Assembly: GCA_040285855.1 (NCBI GenBank)
Contig: JAUFOQ010000005.1
Span: forward strand, 2,046,001 to 2,110,000
DNA: 64,000 nucleotides
Origin: Eukaryota sp. GEM-RC1
Lineage: Eukaryota
Reading direction: 5' to 3'
How positions within the stretch are numbered: position 1 is the stretch's first letter; the number at the start of each line of letters is the position of its first letter. Positions 55,201-64,000 of the stretch are shown here, in pieces. The notes under the pieces are model-generated. The model saw nothing but the letters and a program-made list of their open reading frames with translations. It ran no database searches and was not told the DNA's origin. The position numbers and the translations under genes were made by a program.

Positions 55201-56957
55201 GTGTTTGAAACAGTAAAAGTTCCGTGATTTACAATAGAACAATCATGTACCACAGTAGAGGCAGCAGTGATAGTACTAGTACAAGTATTCTCAAGAACTA
55301 GATTAATTCCAGGTCCTAGAATACCTCCATGCCACGTAAGCACATTGTCAACTGATACAGTACCTCCAGTTCCACGGAAACTACACCCATTGGTATTGGG
55401 GAAGGTCAAATCATGTATCGCTAAATTGTGATCATGGATATCAACTACACCCCACATACAGTCGATATTAGGTACAACATCCAACTGAACAGCAGGAACA
55501 AACGAAAAACCAGAGTCATCAACAACGTAGTCTCCAGAAAACAAATGAAGTATTCCTCCATTGGCGCCAATTTTGTCCATTTCAACAACGCCACGTAGCA
55601 TTACGTCACCAGCCATTGAGTGAAGAGTAGCAGAGCCAGACTGTTTCAGAACAGAACCTTGTTCAAAAGTCAACCAATTACTAGCGATACCACATCGGAG
55701 AATTAGACCATTATTAACAGTAACGGTACCATAGATTGCTCCTCTTCCAAGAATAGAGTTAGTTACTGAAGCAGTGATATGACCATAGTTATAGATGAAA
55801 CAATTGACAGTGGTGAGTAGAGATAGTAAAAGAGTACTTGAAGAATGGAAAACCATTGCACCGTCCCCTGAAAAAGTGGGAGCACTAGTAGTAACAGTAG
55901 AAGCACCGTAAAAGTTCAAATGAGTGCCAGCATTAAGAGAAAGCGTACCACCAATGAAGGTGTTAGTTCCGTTAAAGTCATAAATTCCTCTTAATCTGAA
56001 AGTTATTGTATGTCCGTTTAAACCCAAGGATGACTGAACAACAGTAGTTAAACGTCCAGCATTATTGATTGTTCCATGGCGAGCATCCAAATTATTTACA
56101 TATACATCACCATAGACTTCAAGAGTTCCTGAGGTTATTGTTAGGGCATCAATGGTAACATTATGATTGGTAAGATTCAAAGTACCAGAGCTTTGTACAG
56201 TCACAAGGGAGCCGAAAGAGAGGACGGTAGCACAAGGTTGAACCAAAGAGTCATCTATCCAGTCCACGTGATAATCAGCACCTACAACACGAAGTTCAGT
56301 TGTAGAACCAGAGACAAGAGTACTACCGGAGGCGGAGAGGTCGTAAGTACCATGGAAGAAGGAAGACACGTGCCACTGGACAGCACCAGTGCCAGTGAGA
56401 TGGCCGTAGAAGTAGAGAGTAACGGAATAGACTCGGAACATGCTGTTAACATCAATATGGCCATAGATGTTTCCCCCAACATAGACTTCAAATCTAGCAG
56501 AGGTGTGTTGTACAAGAATACGTCCGGAGGGTCCAACTTCAAGAGGGATATGTACACGAGTGATAGAGTTGCCGGAAAAGATTAGCGTTCCATCGACCTG
56601 AAGTACGGAAGCAGTTCCGCCGCCGTTATATACGTAGAAATTGGGGGTCTTCGTTGCATCAAGAGTCACATTTTCTGGAATGATCAAGGAAGAGTTGTGA
56701 CCAAGATAAATGTGACCAGCGGACCAGATAGAGTCCTCAGTGAGTGTTAGCTGGTAGCATGTTAAGGTTAGAGTGCCTTTAATTTCAGTGCCACCAAGAT
56801 CACCTACTCCGCATTCAGTGGAAGAACCGAGAGTGACACCGTTTAACTCAGTCAACTCCATAACATGTAATCGATTGGATTCCGATCCATATGCGATAGA
56901 AAACAGTGTAACAATGTAAACAATGAATATGATTCTACATGAGCAAGTAGTATTCAT
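27103..56957 (-). CDS. Giant (about 9,950 aa) cell-surface protein: signal peptide, beta-helix/adhesin-like repeats, EGF-like, LamG-like, pectin-lyase-like repeats, IPT-like, Cys-rich and multi-TM C-terminus; 12 frame breaks
   Basis: 13 abutting or overlapping same-strand ORF segments with continuous repeat periodicity. One signal peptide at the start and one TM region at the end. Eight -1 and four +1 junctions give a net in-frame 29,855-nt span. Confidence 0.8.
42700..43300 (-). other. LamG/concanavalin-like domain within the giant gene
   Basis: WRHYTVVR..FHLYRDG..FLFG..IDNIRVYERPLTTEE..GLVGLYTFN. Confidence 0.8.
52915..53090 (-). other. Two tenascin-type EGF-like domains within the giant gene
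   Basis: CPNACSGNGGCNSGICDCDPGWTGNDCS and CNDQGVLVEGNCWCNSNYFGSSC. Confidence 0.9.
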
Positions 56958-57319
56958 AGTAAAGATGTAAGATTCGTCCAGGTTTAGGGCATTAAACCAG
57001 AAGTGGTTGGAGAGGAAATTGAATTAATTGAACTTAATTGAATTTCGATATACATGTATCGATTCCGTCATCAGTCATTAAGAAGTAGAGACTGAGAAGA
57101 TCATTAAATGGTGTTGTCGCTTGAATAACAAATTGACCAAATCAAGATTGTATTTGGCCTGTTTTTTTGAGGATTAAATAGTTCTTCCAGTGACCGCTCA
57201 TGAGTGACGCCGTTAAGCCGTTAAGCATACCTCTTGATTGGTAGTACAGGGTTTCACAATTACCGTAAGGTATTGCAAATTAACATCTTTGTTATTATTC
57301 TGGTTCTTAGCTTTGGAAA

Positions 57320-58030
57320 AATTTAGTACGGATGTCCCCTATCAGATGTAATATCGTCCAATGGACAGCTTTATGAAGCAAATGCGGCGTGATTGCATGT
57401 TATGAATTTCAGTTATATGTTAAAGACATGCAGCTCTATCCTGACCTGAAACACATTGTCCATGTTGAATAATTCGATTCGAAGGAATCTTGTTTTGATG
57501 ACATTGAGTATTAGATCATCATTTTTTATTTTCGAATAAATATATATGCACTATCCTTTAATTGTTGGACTAATGATGATTGGTTTTTTAAAGAAGCCTT
57601 GAATTCTCTTAGAGCCACTGCAACTGTAGTGTTTCCTGTTAATTATATCAGCTTTTCTAAATGAAAGTGCATCTTCACAGACAGGAGCACTGCTACACAT
57701 GAGATTTACTCGAAATATATCCATGTTTGTTGTTGCGATGTCCTGCATTGTGCACATATGAACTGCAACTATGTGTCAAACTTTCACTATTTTCATCGTT
57801 ACCTCTGTAAGTGTTCAAGAACACAGAAGCAAGATGAAAAGTGCCACGTCATCAGTCACATAAATTTTCTTTGGAAAAAGTTCCAACAGACTTTTTAGAC
57901 ATGTGCATGCTGTTCTATCATCTGTAACCGTGAAATAGTACTTTTTATACATGTCGATAGTTCTCCAACAGTACACTCTTGTGTCATTCCTGATAATGAA
58001 AGACTCACATTTTGGTCTGTTGCACATCAC
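57320..58030 (-). pseudogene. Decayed Cys-containing ORF, possibly a transposon relic
   Basis: ORFs 57815-58030 and 57551-57757 are in the same frame separated by stops; family not recognised. Confidence 0.3.
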
Positions 58031-58182
58031 TTAATACAACAACTTGTAACTCATACCAACATCATGTCTGTTTGGTCTTGGTCAATAAAAAATGTGTCGT
58101 TTTCCATCTAGTTTCATGTTGCCAATGATGTGTGTTCCTTTAGAATAAACCCAATCACAATTGGTTTCATCCCATTACCTAC

Positions 58183-59157
58183 ATGCCCACACGTAAGAAG
58201 CCTTCTTCGGATGTGGCAGCCTTGCGATCAGCCATTCGCACTCTCCAAAAGGATTCAGATGCACAACTGTCTATGTCTTCGCAACTGCGAGCTCTGAAAT
58301 CCGCATTTGTGACTCTTTCGGACGCTGTTATAGAAGAAGCAGACACTTTAAGAGCTGCTATAAGCGCACAAGCACTTGAAACTGACCGCGAACTCTCTCA
58401 ATATCGAACCCAGATAAACAATCTTGTCAGCAAAGGCGAAATGCAGGTCTTCCACAACACCCTAGAAGAAATAACATCCGCTATCACTAAACTCTCATCC
58501 AACAACAACCATGTTAAAGATATTCTGAACAATATTAAACAACGAACTGCATCTCTAGAGGACAAAATCACTTCAGAGGACATTGTTACATTAAGTGATG
58601 TCCACAAACTGATCAAAAAGTCCGAAAACAAAACTCTAAAGCAAATGACTGTTGAAGCTACAGAGAACATTACTTCTAAGCTAGGATCTATTGCTGAAGA
58701 ACAAGCTAAGCAATTCTTACACAATATCCACCACGATTTGTTTGATCGCATTGACAAGGTTGAGTCTGATTTTAAAGGATCTCAAGCACTTTCAGCTCGT
58801 GATATTTCCGTACTTGCTGATAATCTTAATTCTCTACGAAAAGATGTGAATGAAAGAGATTCTCAAAAAACTGTGTCTGATTTATATGATCGCATCAAGA
58901 AAGTTAATGAAAACCACAACAATCAAATTGATTTAGTGATTGGACAGATTCACACTCTTTCAGATGCTCATCAACAGTCTAAACAGCATTTATTGCATTT
59001 AGATTCACGTATTTCTGATCTGTCGTATGTACTGACATCGAGAGTAGAAGATTTAGAATCATCGCTAGATCAAAAATTCAATTTATTAACTACCGCAATG
59101 TCAAAGTTGACCAATGCGTTGGAAAAAAGTACTCTTGATGAAGGATACCTGAGTTGA
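58183..59157 (+). CDS. Coiled-coil protein, unknown function
   Basis: Intact 324-aa ORF with heptad-like L/I periodicity. Confidence 0.8.
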   Translation: MPTRKKPSSDVAALRSAIRTLQKDSDAQLSMSSQLRALKSAFVTLSDAVIEEADTLRAAISAQALETDRELSQYRTQINNLVSKGEMQVFHNTLEEITSAITKLSSNNNHVKDILNNIKQRTASLEDKITSEDIVTLSDVHKLIKKSENKTLKQMTVEATENITSKLGSIAEEQAKQFLHNIHHDLFDRIDKVESDFKGSQALSARDISVLADNLNSLRKDVNERDSQKTVSDLYDRIKKVNENHNNQIDLVIGQIHTLSDAHQQSKQHLLHLDSRISDLSYVLTSRVEDLESSLDQKFNLLTTAMSKLTNALEKSTLDEGYLS

Positions 59158-59309
59158 ACAGGAAACAACTACAAGTAGTAGGTGAATTCTATAGTTTCTG
59201 TTGTAAGAACATTTTGTACAATATGTGTGACGAACTCAATTAATTGAGTAATATACTAATAGTCAGTTCGAAAAATTGAATCACAAGGATGAAATAAAAC
59301 AAACTGAAA

Positions 59310-59945
59310 TCACCACATGTCTCCAAGAAAGCCCAGATCCGTGTTAAAAGACATTGGATCACCATAAGGAGATGATAAAGTAGGAGGAACAGCATTGACT
59401 GTTGGAAAGGGTGTGGTAGGAAGCGCTGACTGTATTACAGGGGCGGCAGGAGAAGGCGGCGGAACAAAAGCTTCAGAGGCCCTCCGTTTGCCCTTAGTCT
59501 TGGGTTCCTTCTTGGTTTCACCAGCAATTTTTTGAGGGCGACACCCAGAACCATCCCAATCACTATCTTCGTGGTTAAGAGCATATGTACCGTCTTCAGG
59601 ACCATCAACAATGCTGCGTGGAGTAACTTGTAGTTCAGCTCTCTTGTGGGGATAAGCAATGTACCTCCATATTAGTTGAGCTCTTTCAGGAGTCCAACCT
59701 TCTCCTAAACCATCTGCAACTGTTGTCCAATTGACGCGATGGCTTCTTGCTACTTTGATATACTTACTCACAGCAGCAACCAGAAGTACAACTTCATCAA
59801 TGTCAAAGCCGGCATAAGCGTTTCTAGGTTTTTGAATATCACCAGAATCAGTAGGGTCAAAAACAATGTCTGATAAAGAGATTTCTGGGGGTATGTCTGG
59901 TATAGAAGATTGAGGAATAGGAGCGACGGAAGTCAGATTTGCCAT
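59310..59945 (-). CDS. Myb/SANT-like domain protein
   Basis: FDIDEVVLLVAAVSKY..VNWTTVA..GWTPERAQLIWRYI, basic NLS-like KTKGKRR, Pro-rich tail. Confidence 0.75.
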   Translation of the reverse strand: MANLTSVAPIPQSSIPDIPPEISLSDIVFDPTDSGDIQKPRNAYAGFDIDEVVLLVAAVSKYIKVARSHRVNWTTVADGLGEGWTPERAQLIWRYIAYPHKRAELQVTPRSIVDGPEDGTYALNHEDSDWDGSGCRPQKIAGETKKEPKTKGKRRASEAFVPPPSPAAPVIQSALPTTPFPTVNAVPPTLSSPYGDPMSFNTDLGFLGDMW

Positions 59946-60029
59946 TGTTAAGATATAGGACTAGGAAAATAAAAAATGATTCTTCTTCTTGTCGTTCGGA
60001 GTTAGTTTTAGTTTTTCACTTATTAACCC

Positions 60030-60806
60030 CAATTCATGTAAATATTTATTTGACTTAAACGAAGCGTTAATCAAATTACCTTTTGACGTTTGGTCTCAGT
60101 GTTTCCCAGAATCTGTGTCTGAAATACATGAAAGATGTTTGACCAATCTTCAGTTCTGTCTGAAAAAATTACAACAGAAACTTACAAATATTTTTGAAAG
60201 CTTGGATTATAATGTTCGACTTGGCATGGCCAAAGAAAAAAATCCCGCTTTTGCAAATTTCTTAATGGATGTTTCTAATAGCTCTGCTTCATGTCTGATT
60301 ACACAAATCGCTCAATTTTACGGTCTTCTTCTTGATGATAACTCGTGGTCAATAAACACGCGTTTACGGTCATATATTTGGCCTGATAACCTTCCACATA
60401 ATTTGAAATGCCAATGTGGGCAATCTGTAACACTAGGTGAAAAATTTAAAAAAGAAAAATATTGTGGTAAATTGAAATTATTGAATTCGGCTTCACACTC
60501 GAATTACTTGTTGTACCCTTTTGTATTTTCACTGTACGGTTCTTTAGGTGAATCTGCAACTTCATTACTTGAAATCTTTGTGAAGATTGTAAAAGAAAAA
60601 ACATCTAGGACTTTTGATCTTAGATTTTGGAAAAGTCGAATTGTGTTTGCTATCTTTAAAGGTATGGTGACTTCTGTATCTAGCGCTTTGTTATCTCTTG
60701 GCAGACATTATGAGGATAAGGTAGGTGAGAATTTCCAGTTAGGCAATCTGGACTTCGAGGATATTGATTATTTGATGTATGTACACTGTAGTGTTGTTGT
60801 CAATAA
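60030..60806 (+). mobile_element. 5'-truncated, internally deleted non-LTR retroelement (CRE-like C-terminus)
   Basis: CQCG, PFVFSLYGSLGESA and FWKSRIVFAIFKG resemble the C-terminus of restriction-like-endonuclease non-LTR elements; at least 4 other partial copies in the window. Confidence 0.65.
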
Positions 60807-61652
60807 ATTTCTAGGATATTGAAAATAAAAGTTCGAGAAAGTTTCTTTTTACTTTTAAACTCAAATGTCCATCATACTGACCATTCTACTTTTGCTTCAA
60901 ACGCTCAGAAATGGACTGTATCCAACATGAAAATAGGCAAAATTCTCTTTACATACTTACATTGTGTTTTATGAAGAGTTTGACTATAATCTTGAAAGAC
61001 AAAATATATGCATTTGCAGAAGTTAGTAACTAACATACACTAACTAAAACACTAACTGTGATTTTGTTTCAAACAAGGAATGATAAAATGAATGTTGTTC
61101 ATATTCACCATTACAAATAATGAAAATATATATATATATAAAATAAATAGTCGTTTATATATTTGTACAAATAATGAATATCAATAAATTACACTATGTA
61201 AGAAATAGAAGCCCTATGGTTTAAACAAAAATACCATAAATTTAAATTGATTGTTTGCACTAATACTAGTTCATCAACTCTTGCTAAGTCACAAAACGTA
61301 AGAAGATAAATTCTACACGTTAATTACTCTTTTTTATTATAATATGTATTTTGTACCCTCCATCAATAAACTGCCAATGGTTAAACGATCAGATCATTGA
61401 AACTTGGGAGCTTTGTATCGGAATTCAATTTAACTCAACCAAAAAATTGGTGTGGTTTTGGATAACAAATAGTCTTGACTTTATTGATCAAGTTCCCACT
61501 TTTAGGAAAGAATTACAAATGCACAGAACCAATGTGGATATACTAATGTTAAACACTGACTTGATTTTGATTGTCTACAAAGAAGACATCAAAACCGATC
61601 ATCCTCAAGTAAAAGAAACAAGAAACTTTGTTAAAAAAGAACTGTATAACAA

Positions 61653-62336
61653 TCAATCAAGAGCGTTAGAGTCGTCTGTCATCATCACTCCAGATTTGAG
61701 CTTAACTCGCTGAGACTTTCGACCCTTCTTGATCTTCATTTCAATATCTTTCTTTGACAAAGTTTTACTGTTTCCTTTGGTTTTTGGGTTTTTCTGGTCT
61801 TTTTTGTCAAAAAACACGTCGAAATCAGAGTCAGAGGAGTGTGACTCTTTTGGAGGAGGAGGCGTTGGTTTAACTGTTTGAAGATCATCCTTGCTTTCAG
61901 TCTTCTTCTTTTTCTTTGTTGCTTTCTTTGATTTCGACCGTCTTTTCCTAGTCGATGGAGCTGTCTCGCCTATTGTTTCTACTTTGGTATCTGACTCTAG
62001 TGGAACTGATTCTAGAGGAGTAACCTCCTCTGGTTCAACTTCGATGTCTGAAAGATCAGAAGTATTGTGATCAAAATTTGTGTGTGTTTTTGAAGCTAAA
62101 GCTTTATCAACAATGAGAACAGGTCTAACTAAGGAAGATGTGGATTTCTTACCAATTATTGAGGCAAATCGAGAGGACTCTTCGTCATCAGAAGAAGCTT
62201 CAGAATCGGAGAGAATTGTAGCAGGATGAGATTTAGCCTTAAGAGATTGGGTGATAGATTTACGAAGAGATGTTGTAGCTGAATCTTCAACTACAGGAGT
62301 GGCTCCCAGTCCTAAACGTTGAGGACGTCTGTTCAT
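61653..62336 (-). CDS. Low-complexity Lys/Ser/Asp-rich (probably nuclear) protein with an N-terminal RLGLGA motif
   Basis: Open frame; likely start MNRRPQRLGLGA at 62336; poly-Lys tracts. Confidence 0.7.
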   Translation of the reverse strand: MNRRPQRLGLGATPVVEDSATTSLRKSITQSLKAKSHPATILSDSEASSDDEESSRFASIIGKKSTSSLVRPVLIVDKALASKTHTNFDHNTSDLSDIEVEPEEVTPLESVPLESDTKVETIGETAPSTRKRRSKSKKATKKKKKTESKDDLQTVKPTPPPPKESHSSDSDFDVFFDKKDQKNPKTKGNSKTLSKKDIEMKIKKGRKSQRVKLKSGVMMTDDSNALD

Positions 62337-63130
62337 TTGGTAGGTAAATGAAACAAATTCTTTGATATTTTTGTTCACATTCACTATTAGATAGTGAACA
62401 CTCAATTCAGTGTAAGTACAGAATGAGTGTGATCAATTACGATTCATATTCGACAAGGAAATTAATGGTATCAGATAGTTTAGTTAACATGCTTTGATTT
62501 ATTCAGAACAGTCTCATCTACTTACGATCGCTACAGCTTGCTACATTTCCCTTGTTTACGTGTGACAGTGACGGTGCTACCACAATTAAATGTTATACAA
62601 TACACGTACTCCATCATATACAGATACTATCACAAACTATATTCGGTTCCCAAAATGATGAAAGTCCTGAACAACTATGAATTTAAAAGATCAAATAATA
62701 CTAAGACTAAATCCAAACGATTTCACACTTATTCGGTAAGATTACGGTTTTCAACATTAACCTTCATGTACAATTTCTCCACAAGCATCTGGAATACTCT
62801 GTCAAAATGACGTGTTGGTTTTTTCCTGATTTACCCCAATGACTTAAGTTCATTTATAGCTGGAATGGCCGAGGTTTCAGCTTTACAAAATAAACAGACA
62901 CTGATGGTCTATATCGATAACTAAAACATCAGCAGTTAAGAAAAAATTGGGAGTAATATATGTTGAATTGAAGGACAAGTTATGAGTTTTCTTCAACTTG
63001 AAACTCAAATGTTTTTAATCTATAAATACAGTACCAATCATTTTAATCATAGCTTGAAAGTACATCATTTTTCCATAATAATTTGTTATAATAAGAATAA
63101 TTTCTATAATTTTTTTTGAATTATTATTAT

Positions 63131-63187
63131 TATTGACAACAATACAACAGTGTACATGCATCTAATAATCAATATCCTCAAAGTCCA
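63131..63187 (-). mobile_element. Very short 3' end of the non-LTR element with a (TAA)n tail
   Basis: tattgacaacaatacaacagtgtacatgcatcta...aatatcctcaaagtcc matches the copies at 1733 and 13345. Confidence 0.6.
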
Positions 63188-63551
63188 AAAAAAATACGGT
63201 ACGCAAAACACTTAAAAGAAATGATATTAAACTTTTGGAAAGTGTGAATTAATGGGTATTCTCAGTTGATATTTCTTAACATTACTGGTTAAGTGTATAG
63301 AATAAACAATTACCGTACGATCAACACAAAAATATATACTGTAATTGTAATGATTTGAATAATTGTTCGACAAAGAGATTCTGAGTCTTATCCTGTGGAT
63401 ACTCCTGTGGAAGGTGTTCGAGATCAGCCTTATGAAAGGGCATAAGAAGAACTAAGGCCATCTTCCAGAACATTAGTAGAGTGAATGGTCAAACCAAAAT
63501 CTCTCTCCTCGATCTCTGTCATCATTATTAAACAATTTCAATCCAAACTAC

Positions 63552-64000
63552 ATGTCCTTCTTTTCTACAGACTACTCATCTGACTTCTTCGACTCTTCCT
63601 TTGACTTTGATACACCTGTGATAGCTCATAAAATTAAAGACGGCCTTTACATTGGCGGTGCCGAAGCCGCTTACAGATCTGAGTTCATCTTCTCCAATAA
63701 AATCACATTCATCATTAACTGTGCCGCTGGTCAAGTTGATGAGCGGTGGTCTTCCCAGGGAGTAAAAGTTTGACATCCTTTTTCGTATCTCATCTCAGTA
63801 TCTGTCTTTCCCGTGGCGTGATGATTCTTCTTGTGTTATAATAGATCCTGAAAGACGGAATCTCAGAAAAGTTTCGCAGTTTGTTAAGACTGCTAGAAGT
63901 ATGGAACAATGTGTTCTCATACACTCCCTGCATGGCCGTTCCCGTTGTGTTGCTCTTGTTGCTGCTTACTTAATGGACTCGTACCAATGGGATCTCAAAA
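63552..64000 (+). CDS. Dual-specificity phosphatase-family protein with Ser at the catalytic Cys position; 3' end runs off the window
   Basis: IKDGLYIG, ITFIINCA; after intron 63768-63798: YLSFPWRDD...CVLIHSLHGRSRCVALVAAYLM. Confidence 0.85.
63768..63798 (+). other. 31-nt spliceosomal intron
   Basis: GTTTGACATCC...TATCTCATCTCAG; removes an in-frame TGA and restores GVK/YLSFPW. Confidence 0.85.

Noticed and set aside
27103..56957. Alternative genetic code (stop reassignment) explaining the broken giant gene
   Set aside because: The junctions change frame rather than reading through in frame, and TAA, TAG and TGA all terminate ordinary genes in this window
57300..57480. Possible U2-like snRNA (ctatcagatgtaatatc)
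   Set aside because: Lacks the GTGTAGTA branch-pairing motif and the 5' stem; lies within a decayed minus-strand ORF

Overview
AT-rich nuclear DNA of a microbial eukaryote using the standard code. It is intron-poor, with three tiny (31-36 nt) GT-AG introns whose fused branch-point/3' splice site suggests a metamonad-like protist (inference). About half the window (27103-56957, minus strand) is one giant secreted, membrane-anchored beta-helix/EGF/LamG/Cys-rich multi-TM gene of about 9,950 aa. It is split into 13 reading-frame segments by 12 frame breaks that fall mostly in sense-strand T runs, and it has no in-frame nonsense codons. The left 27 kb is an accessory, repeat-rich zone: a deleted Ty3/gypsy-like element with 88-bp LTRs and a 4-bp TSD, three different hAT-type MITEs with 8-bp TSDs, a TA-flanked MITE, CRE-like non-LTR fragments, three RI-like/NLRC3-like LRR paralogues, an MRH-domain gene, small membrane-protein genes and an inverted mosaic partial copy of the giant gene family. 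The right end holds a coiled-coil gene, a Myb/SANT gene, a Lys/Ser-rich gene and a Cys-to-Ser dual-specificity pseudophosphatase. The frame breaks may be long-read consensus errors rather than biology, and this cannot be settled from the sequence alone.
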